Shown: positions 17,063-26,047 of the stretch, piece by piece
How the letters are laid out: each line of letters starts with the position of its first letter
Position numbering within the stretch: position 1 is the stretch's first letter
Source: Thermoproteaceae archaeon
Lineage (GTDB): Archaea > Thermoproteota > Thermoprotei > Thermoproteales > Thermoproteaceae
Assembly (NCBI GenBank): GCA_015521775.1
Contig: WANN01000012.1
Span: 78,980 to 110,979 of the forward strand
DNA length: 32,000 bases
Reading direction: 5' to 3'
Program-made: the position numbers and the translations under genes
The notes under the pieces: generated by a model
Databases searched by the model: none
What the model saw: only the letters and a program-made list of their open reading frames with translations
Told to the model about the DNA's origin: nothing

Positions 17063-18112
17063 ATGCAAGGCCTTAGAAGGGTATTGGTGCTTTACGTTGA
17101 TAGGGACAACGATATAGGTGAAAGATTAAGAGTGGACACCCCTATAATAGGTAGGGACAACGTGCTGAGGGCCGGCATCCAATTCATGTTAAGGTGCCCA
17201 GACGACTCTGATGGAAACGCAATATTCGCATCGGTAAAAACCTACGATGAGATGCTGGAAACTTTGGGTCCCGGCAACGTGGAGGTGGCCATAGTAGCCG
17301 GTTCCTCGAGGGGCGGCGCCGAGGCGAATCTGAAGGTGCTTGGTGAATTGAACGACGTTCTGTCGCGGTTCGACGCCGACGGCATAGTTGTAGTTTCCGA
17401 CGGACCTTCAGACGAGGAAGTGGTTCCATTGATAAGGGAAAGGAGGCCCATTCTGTACGTGGAAAGGGTGATAGTAAAACAGGAAAAGTCGGTTGAAGCC
17501 ACGGCAAGCCTAATAAAATATTACTTCACAAAGCTTGTAAGGGAGCCAGAGTACAAGAGGTACTTTGTAGGTATCCCATCGGTGTTGATGCTGCTGTGGT
17601 CCACGTTCGCCGCTATAGGGCAGCTAGTGGACCCACGCATAATAGGGGCCATATGGAACGGCACGTTATTCGCCATAGGCCTCCTCCTCCTGTTGTATTC
17701 GGTGGACCTCCACGTGCCGTTCTTCAGCATGTTGAAGAGGTACGAATTCACGTTTTTCAGCGTCTTCGTATCTACGATACTCATAGTAAGCACAATAAAC
17801 ATAGCCATTTCGGAGACCGGCGAAAACCCGATACCGCTAATAACCACATATGTAGCGCTCCCCTTCATGGTTAATTTCATAGAGGGGGCAGTAAGGAACA
17901 GAACGCTAAGGCTCTACATGTTTTCCATAGCGCTGCTCTTCGTGTTGTTGGGCAACTACCTCGGGGACTACCTCTATAGGCAGTCCCTCACGGCCGAGTT
18001 CCTGGCAAGGCTAGTAATATTCGCCACCGTTTCAATAATAACGCTATTATTATCGATATTCGCAAACAAATACATATATGATTTTATCAATAAAGTACGA
18101 CAAGAGATATAG
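17063..18112 (+). CDS. DUF373-family archaeal membrane protein
   Basis: The N-terminal soluble domain has VLVLYVDRDNDIG...CPDDSDGNAIFASVKTYDEM. It is followed by about 5-6 hydrophobic segments. ATG start with cttaatacctta about 25 nt upstream. Confidence 0.8.
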   Translation: MQGLRRVLVLYVDRDNDIGERLRVDTPIIGRDNVLRAGIQFMLRCPDDSDGNAIFASVKTYDEMLETLGPGNVEVAIVAGSSRGGAEANLKVLGELNDVLSRFDADGIVVVSDGPSDEEVVPLIRERRPILYVERVIVKQEKSVEATASLIKYYFTKLVREPEYKRYFVGIPSVLMLLWSTFAAIGQLVDPRIIGAIWNGTLFAIGLLLLLYSVDLHVPFFSMLKRYEFTFFSVFVSTILIVSTINIAISETGENPIPLITTYVALPFMVNFIEGAVRNRTLRLYMFSIALLFVLLGNYLGDYLYRQSLTAEFLARLVIFATVSIITLLLSIFANKYIYDFINKVRQEI

Positions 18113-18806
18113 GTGCCTTGCCGTGGAAGAGGTCAAGGCGCTGTTAGAGCTGTATGGGTGTACATATAGATTTGTAGAAATTGGGGACGAGATCAGGGTG
18201 GACACCGACTGCGACGAATCCCCTCTATGTAGGGCCGGCGCCGTAAAGGAGGTGAAGGGTAGGACCACGCTCAAAATAGACAGGTCAGCATTTGCCGGTC
18301 ACCTGACTAGGAGGGCTAGGGTCGCCATGGACCCGCTTATATCCAGGATAATGGTCAACCTGGCCAGGGTGAGGGAGGGCATGTTCGTGTTGGACCCCTT
18401 TTCAGGCACGGGGAGCATCTTGGTGGAGGCAGCTATGGTGGGAGCACGCGTATTGGCCATGGACCTGGGCATAGACGCCTTACTGACTTCACGCACCAAT
18501 CTGGGCAGTTACGGGGATTACGGTCGGGCCGACGCGGCTTATCTGCCCATACGACCGCGTTCTGCGGATGCCATAGTCACAGACGTGCCATATGGGAGGA
18601 TGTCCACCAGCCACATGGGTGTACGCTACATTGTGCGGAAGGTTCTCGACGACGTGGGTTCGGCGCTTAAGGATGGCGGCCACATGGTTTACGCGGCGCC
18701 CAACTATTCCGTGTTCCACGGCCATCCATATAAATATGTAACGATATGTTCGGTATATGTTCATGGAGGGCTTTATAGAGACATAGTTGTGCTAAGGAAG
18801 GATTAG
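18078..18806 (+). CDS. Trm11/UPF0020-like SAM-dependent RNA (guanine-N2) methyltransferase
   Basis: Motif I is VLDPFSGTGS and motif IV is VTDVPYG. MDPLISRIMVNLARV precedes the methyltransferase core. ATG at 18078 overlaps the upstream gene by 35 nt. Confidence 0.8.
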   Translation: MILSIKYDKRYRCLAVEEVKALLELYGCTYRFVEIGDEIRVDTDCDESPLCRAGAVKEVKGRTTLKIDRSAFAGHLTRRARVAMDPLISRIMVNLARVREGMFVLDPFSGTGSILVEAAMVGARVLAMDLGIDALLTSRTNLGSYGDYGRADAAYLPIRPRSADAIVTDVPYGRMSTSHMGVRYIVRKVLDDVGSALKDGGHMVYAAPNYSVFHGHPYKYVTICSVYVHGGLYRDIVVLRKD

Positions 18807-18895
18807 GGCGAAGGTCGCCATGGGTGCCTGCACGGCTTTACGGTATTCCGACCGCTCCGCCGGCTGGGCGCTGCAGGGACTGGCCAGTGCGGCCA

Positions 18896-19324
18896 TTAGA
18901 GGGACACATCGTACATGACCTTCCCCTTGTAGGTCCTTGGGGCCAGCCAATCGATCAGCCTCCGCATATCCCTGTACCTGACCGTGACTACTATGGGCCC
19001 AAGCGGGCTCTCGCTTGGATCGGAAACAAACGAGACCACGCCGACATACGCTGCCTGCTTGTTCAACATGAATGTGAGGACGTCGTCGCTCATAACGCCC
19101 CTGCTCAGCATGCTCCTCGCGGCGTCCTGTATGCCCTGGCTCCATATGAGTTGCCTTAGCTTGAGGAGGGGCCTGTGGCTGACGGCGCGGCCAACCACGT
19201 ACCTACGTCCCTCGATTTCTTCCAGTTTTAGCTCCTCCATGTCGATTACATTGCTCACGGACCTCATGACCTTCCTGGGGTCCTCGCTTGGCCTTACCTC
19301 GGCCATTACGGTCACCTCGGCCAT
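18896..19324 (-). CDS. UPF0201-family putative RNA-binding protein
   Basis: The 142-aa product MAEVTVMAEVRPSEDPRKV...GPIVVTVRYRDMRRLIDWLAPRTYKGK matches my memory of the COG1931/UPF0201 family. That family usually sits next to the UPF0200 kinase-like gene. A TATA-like box cacatttttagg lies about 27 nt upstream. Confidence 0.7.
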   Translation of the reverse strand: MAEVTVMAEVRPSEDPRKVMRSVSNVIDMEELKLEEIEGRRYVVGRAVSHRPLLKLRQLIWSQGIQDAARSMLSRGVMSDDVLTFMLNKQAAYVGVVSFVSDPSESPLGPIVVTVRYRDMRRLIDWLAPRTYKGKVMYDVSL

Positions 19325-19399
19325 GGCACGAGGGGGCCAACAACCTAAAAATGTGTCTGTGGCCCAACAACTGAAACGGCGGCCTCAACGGCGCCCCAG

Positions 19400-19945
19400 T
19401 CACGCATCGAAACGGTGCTGGTCGCCGTCCTGTACAGCCCTCACTATGGCCTCCAGCTCCCGCCTCAGCTCGTCTGTCCCCTTTCCATGGTTCACCAGTA
19501 TGTAGTCCGCCCTAGATATGAGGTCGGCCACCCCGAACCTGAGCTCTCTGTATTCCCTCATAAGGAACTCCGAAATAGTGTTTGGGTCGTCGCTTCTCCC
19601 TCTCAGAGCGAGCCTCTCGTAGCGGACGCTGCGCGGGGCGACCACATATATCAATACAACCCTGTCCGTTTCCTCTAACTGTTCCACCTCCTCGATGCTC
19701 CTAACACCGTCCACGACCACCATGCCTCCCCTGGGCAGCCTCAGAGCTGTGGCCCTACCGAGAAACCTCATGCCCATTTCCAGGCGCACCTTCACGGCGG
19801 CCACATCCGGCCTAATGGAATGTTTTTGCGCTATGTCGCGCACAACGTCACCCATAGATATCAACGGGTACCCCATCTCGCTGATAATCCTCGAAACAAA
19901 AGTCTTTCCGCTTCCAGGTAGGCCGCCTACAGCAAGTATCACCAT
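19400..19945 (-). CDS. P-loop nucleotide kinase-like protein (UPF0200 / adenylate-kinase-like)
   Basis: MVILAVGGLPGSGKTF carries the Walker A motif, and the length is 181 aa. The ATG overlaps the trm1 stop within ATGGTGA. Confidence 0.85.
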   Translation of the reverse strand: MVILAVGGLPGSGKTFVSRIISEMGYPLISMGDVVRDIAQKHSIRPDVAAVKVRLEMGMRFLGRATALRLPRGGMVVVDGVRSIEEVEQLEETDRVVLIYVVAPRSVRYERLALRGRSDDPNTISEFLMREYRELRFGVADLISRADYILVNHGKGTDELRRELEAIVRAVQDGDQHRFDA

Positions 19946-21045
19946 GCGGCTGAGGACATGAGGGCCCTTAAATAGCTTAGGCGTGCCCCCACCTTGAAGC
20001 CCCTAGAAGAGAAGTGCGTGGCCCACGCGTCGACGCCGGTTCCCCTTACCGTTTCCAGCACAAGGCCTAAGGGGGGTTCCCGCCCCCTAACAGCAACTTC
20101 ATGGGTCAAATAATATAGGGGGGGCGCCATATACTCGTTGTAGAGGGACTCCAGCAAGCGGCGCTGTCCCTGATAGGGACCTACAGCCTCCTCAGAAACC
20201 ATGCCGGCAAACTCCACGTCGCCCAGTTTCCCCACCCATATTGGCCCCATGTCTCCCCCAGGGGCCTTGGGGTACCCCGCAACTAGGCCCCTCTCACCTT
20301 CGCGGTAATACGCGTATCCCATATTGTCCACGGTGTCTTTGGCGCTGGTCACGTCCTTGTACACGAGTACGCACAGCCTATAGTAATGGCCGTCCCAAAA
20401 GGACACCATGGGCTCTATTCCCGCGTCAAGCGCAGCGGCCTGCCTACCCACAGCCGCAAGGAGCACCCTTAGGCCCAGCTCCCTGGAAAAGGGGACCCTG
20501 GCCACACGTGCCCCGTAGCGGCTCAGACACTTCCTAGGGTAGTTGCCCATGAGTACGGCTAGGTCTGTCGCGGTTACGCACAGCATTCCGCCATGCCTAA
20601 CCGCCATTATCGCGGCGGAAAGGAACGGCATGGGTGTGCCGAAGGGATCCACGTCGACCACGTCGCACACGTTCCAGAGTTCGGCCATAAGCGATGCGCC
20701 GTCCCTACGATGAACCTCGACCACGTCGTTGACCCCGTTGAGCTCCACGTTGGCCTTTATGAGGCGGTACGCCTGCCAGCTCACGTCGTTTGCTATGACC
20801 CTAGAAGCGTGCGGCACCTCAAGCGCGTATCTTATGCTCCTTACGCCGGTCCCAGACAGGGGCTCGCATATGGTCATGCCCCTACCCAACAGGCCTCCAT
20901 ACGATCTCACTACTAGCACCGAGACGGTCCTGTTGCGCTCCATACGCGGATTGTAAAAAACGGGCGCCCTTGACGGGTCCCCCTCAATGGCCTCTTCTGG
21001 TACGAGTATCCTGGCGCGCCCCTCCCTAACCTCTCCTATCTTCAT
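19939..21045 (-). CDS. trm1: tRNA (guanine26-N2)-dimethyltransferase Trm1
   Basis: VFYNPRMERNRTVSVL and VDVDPFGTPMPFL are present. The track start 21075 is TTG. ATG 21045 (MKIGEVREG...) overlaps the upstream gene by 20 nt. Confidence 0.9.
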   Translation of the reverse strand: MKIGEVREGRARILVPEEAIEGDPSRAPVFYNPRMERNRTVSVLVVRSYGGLLGRGMTICEPLSGTGVRSIRYALEVPHASRVIANDVSWQAYRLIKANVELNGVNDVVEVHRRDGASLMAELWNVCDVVDVDPFGTPMPFLSAAIMAVRHGGMLCVTATDLAVLMGNYPRKCLSRYGARVARVPFSRELGLRVLLAAVGRQAAALDAGIEPMVSFWDGHYYRLCVLVYKDVTSAKDTVDNMGYAYYREGERGLVAGYPKAPGGDMGPIWVGKLGDVEFAGMVSEEAVGPYQGQRRLLESLYNEYMAPPLYYLTHEVAVRGREPPLGLVLETVRGTGVDAWATHFSSRGFKVGARLSYLRALMSSAAW

Positions 21046-21841
21046 TACCGGATATCTCCACAAGCTGGACGCCAATAGCGTCGGCGAACTCCCTCGTCTC
21101 CTCGTCGCGGCGTGTGGACAGGAACATGGGCTTGCCCCTCTGCAAGTATATGGCGTCCACGTGCCCCCTCTCTATCCACAGAACCCTATCCCCCTCCTCC
21201 ACTATGTCCCCAAACATTATTCTGCCCTTGCTGGCCCTCTCGGACAGCTCGCCGTCGTTTATGTGGGCCGAAAACACGTCATAGCGGTCCAACACCTCGT
21301 CGCCGAACAGATCGAGCAGTTTTCGCGCAACCTTTTCGCCAACGTCCATTTTGCCGTGTTCATAGGCGTACACGGCGTTCCTGGAGACTGACAGGGCGGT
21401 GGCCAGGTCCCCTAGGCTCATGCCCTTTTCCTCCCTCCTGCTTCTAAGCACATCGCTCCTTACGCTGGCTATGTACTTGCCCCTGACCAGCTTAAACCTC
21501 GGCATCTCGCCGTTGAGCGCGTCCCTGAACGTGGATAGAGAGACCACGTTTATGCCCCCCTTTTCATACACTATGCCCTGCCTAAGGGGATGATCGCTCA
21601 CGAACTGCGATATGGCGAGGGGGGAGGCCTCACAGTAGTGGGAGATCAGCTTTAAGTCGACCACGTTTTCCTGCGATATGTCGCCTACGCTTCTGGCCAC
21701 CTTGACGATTATCTTCCTGTCGTCGGGGGCCCTCACAACAAGCGTATACGAATAGTCGCGCTCCGTCAGGAACACCACTTCTCCCCCCTCCCTCTCAACT
21801 ATTCTGATCGTAAGGCTTGCCAAATGCCGCTGGGGCTCCAC
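21026..21841 (-). CDS. Archaeal HTH (XRE-type) putative transcriptional regulator, COG1395-like
   Basis: The central HTH is MSLGDLATALSVSRNAVYAYEHGK, flanked by N- and C-terminal domains. The GTG start at 21841 lies 25 nt downstream of tttttatataa. Confidence 0.85.
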   Translation of the reverse strand: MEPQRHLASLTIRIVEREGGEVVFLTERDYSYTLVVRAPDDRKIIVKVARSVGDISQENVVDLKLISHYCEASPLAISQFVSDHPLRQGIVYEKGGINVVSLSTFRDALNGEMPRFKLVRGKYIASVRSDVLRSRREEKGMSLGDLATALSVSRNAVYAYEHGKMDVGEKVARKLLDLFGDEVLDRYDVFSAHINDGELSERASKGRIMFGDIVEEGDRVLWIERGHVDAIYLQRGKPMFLSTRRDEETREFADAIGVQLVEISGNEDRRG

Positions 21842-21860
21842 GGCAATTATGCGTTGCCGA

Positions 21861-21871
21861 TTATATAAAAA
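21861..21871 (-). promoter_or_regulatory. TATA box (tttttatataa on the minus strand) for the HTH-trm1 operon
   Basis: Read directly from the sequence. It lies 25 nt upstream of GTG 21841. Confidence 0.5.
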
Positions 21872-21907
21872 CCTTACCCCATGGGGCTCAAAATAGGGCC
21901 AGCAACG

Positions 21908-22618
21908 TCAAGCCTTACGCCCCACAACCATGGCGTGGGCCACATCGTACGGCTCCAAGTGCACAATGTCCACTATTTCGAAGCCCCTCTCCCTGAGGTG
22001 GTCTATTTCGCGTCTGAAGGTCTCGCTGGGCTCCTGGGTCACATCTATGGACATTGCCTTGATCACGAGCATTACATGTCCGCCGCGTTTCAAGTAGAAA
22101 TCCGCGTTGTCGGCCAGCAGCTTGGCCTGAGCCGGCTGCGCCACGTCGATGTACACGACGTCCACCCCCTTAACGTACATGGCGTACTGCTGGGGGAACC
22201 TGGCGTCGCCAAGTATGGGGACAAGGTTCCTACGTCCCTGGTCCACGAGCTTCTCCATGAACTCCCTGAAGACCCGCGGGGAAAACTCCACCGAGTATAT
22301 TATGCCGCTAGGCCCAACTATGTCACTTATATGGCTCGGCGTTGTGCCGGAGGCCGCTCCGAGGTACAGCATATGCGTCCCCTCGCCAATAGGCATTTCC
22401 TTGAGGCCGTTAAGTATTGCTGCGGCAAGTTTAGACCTATAGGGGTTCCAGACCCTATACTCGGCGTCGTCCACCCTAACAAGCTGTTCGCCGTAAACCC
22501 TTCTCCCCGGAGTCAGGTTCCTGGTTGCCAGGCGCTCTGTGCCGTCCTCGAACCTCAGGTAGTACACGTGCCTAAAGGCCTCGTGGGGCCTCACCTCAAC
22601 CACCTGCAAATATGCCAT
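21908..22618 (-). CDS. flpA: Fibrillarin, C/D box sRNP 2'-O-methyltransferase
   Basis: [36 protein letters not shown] and DVAQPAQA are present. Confidence 0.96.
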   Translation of the reverse strand: MAYLQVVEVRPHEAFRHVYYLRFEDGTERLATRNLTPGRRVYGEQLVRVDDAEYRVWNPYRSKLAAAILNGLKEMPIGEGTHMLYLGAASGTTPSHISDIVGPSGIIYSVEFSPRVFREFMEKLVDQGRRNLVPILGDARFPQQYAMYVKGVDVVYIDVAQPAQAKLLADNADFYLKRGGHVMLVIKAMSIDVTQEPSETFRREIDHLRERGFEIVDIVHLEPYDVAHAMVVGRKA

Positions 22619-22643
22619 GGGTTGCCCTTAGGGAAGCACGCTT

Positions 22644-23918
22644 TTATCTTTTCTCCCTTCTCTCGGGTCTACCGCCCGATCGTGGTGGGCGTGGGGAACG
22701 TGCGGGCCTCTCGGGCCTCCTCGGGGGCTGGGCAGGCGGCTGTTTGGGAGGCGGCTTCGCGTATAGGGTCTTCACCTCCTGTATCCTCTTCATGAGCTCC
22801 TCCTTCAGCCTAGGGGCAATGAAATTGCCTGTAAAGGCGTCGGCCTTGGCGGCTATGGCCAGCTTGGCGGCCAAGGCCCTGGCGATCTTCCCCCTTTGCC
22901 ACCTAGGCGCCCTGAAGATCTCGGGGAACTGGAATATTATGCCGTGTTTGGGGGGCTTACCCCCCGTCCTGAGCGCCCTGAAGAGGGCCTTCTCAGCCCC
23001 GAGCACCTGTATAGTCGATGCAGGCAGCATGGCCAGCTTCATGAGACCGCCCGCGAGCTTCACGAGTCTCGCCCCGAGCAGTGGCCCTACGAGCTCCCTG
23101 ACATTTGGCGCCACCTCCTTCATAGCCTCGTCTATGTACTCTGCCAACCTAGACCTATAGTCGAGTAGGTCCAGGAAGACCTTCGCGTACGATTTTATCT
23201 GGTCCAGGTCCCACTCTGCCATGTCAGCCCCAACGCTCTTCTCGGCGGCCCTAGCGACCTTAAGGGCCCTGTCCTCAGGCCACCCCAATGCCTGGGAAAC
23301 GGCATCCACAGTGAAATTCGATCTGTGGCCCAGCACGTAGACCAGGCGCACGTACTCCCTGTGGTCGCCGACCAGCTCCTCTAGCTCGGGGAAGTGTAGG
23401 CCGTACCACTCCCTGATCCTAGACGCCATTAAGTTGAGTATCTTGTCAACATCGTCCAACGTGCTTATGGCCTGGGCTATAAACAGGTCCCTCTTCTCGG
23501 CGGCCTTCCTAAGCTTTTTACGCGTTATTAGGTCGCTAACCTCGAAGAGCCTCTCATAGTAGGACTGTCGATCGAGGCCAAGGGCCTCCGACAGGTACTT
23601 GTCCCAGAAATTCAACCGGTACTGTGTGCCCCCCTTGCTGGGCACCTCAGCCCTAACCTCGACCTTGTCTGTGCCCAGCCTCGACACTATGTTGCGGGCC
23701 AGCTCGGCGTCCTCAACGACGACCGTTGTGAAGCCCCTTTCAGAGAGCTCGTTAATAAATTCCAGTATCTCCTTGACGGGCTCGAACCTTTCCAGGAGTA
23801 TAAGCCTCTCTGCCAACGCCTCTGACGGCCACTCGAAGAACCTTCTATGGACAACTCTGCCCCCCTCGTCGAGGGCCACCAACCCAAGCACATCGGCGAC
23901 AAGATACGCGGTTCCCAT
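22644..23918 (-). CDS. nop5: Nop5 (Nop56/58) C/D box sRNP protein
   Basis: The Nop domain has AEKALFRALRTGGKPPKHGIIFQ. The gene lies 25 nt upstream of fibrillarin. The C-terminal tail is Pro/Arg-rich. Confidence 0.95.
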   Translation of the reverse strand: MGTAYLVADVLGLVALDEGGRVVHRRFFEWPSEALAERLILLERFEPVKEILEFINELSERGFTTVVVEDAELARNIVSRLGTDKVEVRAEVPSKGGTQYRLNFWDKYLSEALGLDRQSYYERLFEVSDLITRKKLRKAAEKRDLFIAQAISTLDDVDKILNLMASRIREWYGLHFPELEELVGDHREYVRLVYVLGHRSNFTVDAVSQALGWPEDRALKVARAAEKSVGADMAEWDLDQIKSYAKVFLDLLDYRSRLAEYIDEAMKEVAPNVRELVGPLLGARLVKLAGGLMKLAMLPASTIQVLGAEKALFRALRTGGKPPKHGIIFQFPEIFRAPRWQRGKIARALAAKLAIAAKADAFTGNFIAPRLKEELMKRIQEVKTLYAKPPPKQPPAQPPRRPERPARSPRPPRSGGRPERREKR

Positions 23919-24072
23919 CAGGGAGAAGGGCAGTAATATTATTATGCTTTTCGTTTGGCAGGGACCCCGTAAGGGGGCACGCTACGCGGGCTGGCCCCGG
24001 TAAAGCGTTGGCCCCGCCCCAGAGCGCCCAAAATGCATCGGCGCACATGTACCGACACAATTCTGGACAGGG

Positions 24073-25917
24073 CTACCGGCCCTTCAACAGCTCTTCGAGG
24101 GCCCGTCTCACGTCTGAGGCATCTATCCTTCCCCTGTACCTCCTCATAACATAGCCCATGACCTTCCCCACGTCATTTCCCACGGCGTCCAGTGCGTCCT
24201 TCACTATGGACTTGGCCTCCTCATAGCTGAACCGCGTTAGCCCCATTTCCCGCGCAACGGCGTCAATAGGCTTGCCGGACTTGACTGCTGCCAACAGCAA
24301 TTCCTCGGCCGACTCCTTGACTATGAGTCCCCTGGACAAAGCGGATATGAGCGACTCGACCAGCTCCTCGGGCACCTCCCCAGCCTCTCTGGAAACGCGC
24401 TTCACAGTGGAAGTCAATATTGTTCCTATTACCGTTGGGGGGACATTGGGATACTTTGAGGCGAGCTCCTCGAAGGTGTCCAAGTACGGCGATTTGACTA
24501 GCTGGAATGCCAGTTCCTTGCTCAGCCCCATGCCCATGAGCCTGTTGAGTCTCGTCTCCAACGTCTCAGAGGCTATGCGTCTGGCCCTTTCTAGGAGGTC
24601 CCCCGTGACCCTAATGGGCAGTAGATCCGTTTCTGGATACATGCGCGCCGCGCCTGGCCTGGGCCTCATGAACCTCGTGGTGCCGTCGGCATTGGCCGCC
24701 CGCGTCTCCTCCGGCACGCCGACAACGGCCATCCTAAGCCGCTCCACGGCCACCTTAACGGCCTCCTTTACCACGTCCCGCTCTCCCAGGAACAGTATGA
24801 ACGAGTCGGAGCCCAGCCTGGCCCGGACCGCCGCGACCTCGTCCGACGATATGCCGTAGCCGGGAAGCTCGTCGCTGTGGAGTAGGCCCCCAAGGCCAGA
24901 CCACGCCCTCACCCTATCCGCCACCTCCGTGGCGAGCCTTCTTTTGGGCTGGACCTCGAATCCCAGAACGCCGCTGAACCTGTGCAGTTTAAGCGCATAG
25001 ACGGACGCCCCCCTTTTAACGGCGCCTCTAACAAGGTTCGACGAGGTGTTAGCGAATATGTCCGTGACGTCCGTGACGTCGTCAACTATGTCGTCAGGCT
25101 TCACGCCCCTCTTGCGCAGTTCGCCGGAAATCTTGAGCAGGTTCAGCTGGCGTTGGACCTCCAATTCTATGACCCTAGGTATCAATGGCAGGGCAGGGAC
25201 GCCCTTTATCTCGACCTTTGCGCCCCCCACAATAGACACGTTGAGGTCCTGCCTAACGGTCCCAATGCCCCTCTTGGCCCTTCCGGTGGACTTTATGCTA
25301 TACCCCACCAACGCGGCCACCTCGGCCACCTCATGGGGCTCGTATTCCAGAGGCGCCGTGGATACCTCCACTAGGGGTATACCCAGCCTGTCGAGCCTGT
25401 AGGTCACATTTTCGCCGTCCTCGCCCATCTTCCTACACGCGTCTTCCTCCAGCGCAATAGACTCAACGCCGATTTCGTACCCCAGTATCCTGGCCCTGCC
25501 GTCTACACCGACAAGCATAGTCCTTTGGAAGCCAGACGTGTTGGAGCCGTCGACAACCACCTTGCGCATCACGTAAACCTCGTCCGGTATTTTGGCATTG
25601 AACATGTGGGCTACCGCCAACGCGGTCTCGAGCGAATACTCGTCGGGCTCGTGTGGGGGCTCCTCGTCAAGTTCCACGAGACACGTGGAATCGTTGTAGC
25701 CCTCATAGATGTAGGCCCTCTGCTTCCTGAGCTCCCAAAGGGCTGCTGGGTCCACCTCCCCCAGCTCGCTGAGGCTGACCCGCAGCCTCCTCCTCACTTT
25801 GAAGTGGGGCTCGTCGTTCCTCAACTCAGGCCTGCAGTGGCAGAACAGCTTACGGGGACTACTCAGCTGGACATGTATTTCCAGGCCAACCTTGAGGCCC
25901 AGCTCCCTGAACTTCAT
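24073..25917 (-). CDS. gatE: Glutamyl-tRNA(Gln) amidotransferase subunit E
   Basis: The track start 25926 is TTG. ATG 25917 gives MKFRELGLKVGLEIHVQL, the canonical GatE N-terminus. Confidence 0.95.
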   Translation of the reverse strand: MKFRELGLKVGLEIHVQLSSPRKLFCHCRPELRNDEPHFKVRRRLRVSLSELGEVDPAALWELRKQRAYIYEGYNDSTCLVELDEEPPHEPDEYSLETALAVAHMFNAKIPDEVYVMRKVVVDGSNTSGFQRTMLVGVDGRARILGYEIGVESIALEEDACRKMGEDGENVTYRLDRLGIPLVEVSTAPLEYEPHEVAEVAALVGYSIKSTGRAKRGIGTVRQDLNVSIVGGAKVEIKGVPALPLIPRVIELEVQRQLNLLKISGELRKRGVKPDDIVDDVTDVTDIFANTSSNLVRGAVKRGASVYALKLHRFSGVLGFEVQPKRRLATEVADRVRAWSGLGGLLHSDELPGYGISSDEVAAVRARLGSDSFILFLGERDVVKEAVKVAVERLRMAVVGVPEETRAANADGTTRFMRPRPGAARMYPETDLLPIRVTGDLLERARRIASETLETRLNRLMGMGLSKELAFQLVKSPYLDTFEELASKYPNVPPTVIGTILTSTVKRVSREAGEVPEELVESLISALSRGLIVKESAEELLLAAVKSGKPIDAVAREMGLTRFSYEEAKSIVKDALDAVGNDVGKVMGYVMRRYRGRIDASDVRRALEELLKGR

Positions 25918-26047
25918 CCCATGCAACTGTTTTGATGCATGCTAAGGGCGAAGCCCCGTGCGGCGTCCAAAGGCGCGAGCGCACCTAAGCGCGCGCCGCA
26001 GCAAGGTCGCCGCGCGTCCCTCGAGGCGCGCAGTTTCCTAGGCGTGT

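Noticed and set aside
21881-22795. The 304-aa plus-strand ORF and similar long antisense ORFs, for example 13317..14006, 6083..6679, 6616..7149, 7867..8496, 10612..11142, 27478..28077 and 31459..31887.
   Set aside because: Each lies opposite a confidently identified gene (fibrillarin, aEF-2, the SMC-like ATPase, crenactin, thermosome, rhodanese, pgk). Their compositions are low-complexity and Ser/Pro/Arg/Leu-rich. These are GC-rich shadow ORFs.
23845-24060. The 71-aa minus-strand ORF in the gatE-nop5 spacer.
   Set aside because: It overlaps the nop5 start out of frame and runs through its TATA box. The composition is odd, Cys/Gly/Arg/Trp-rich. The GC-rich part of this spacer may simply be 3' UTR of gatE.
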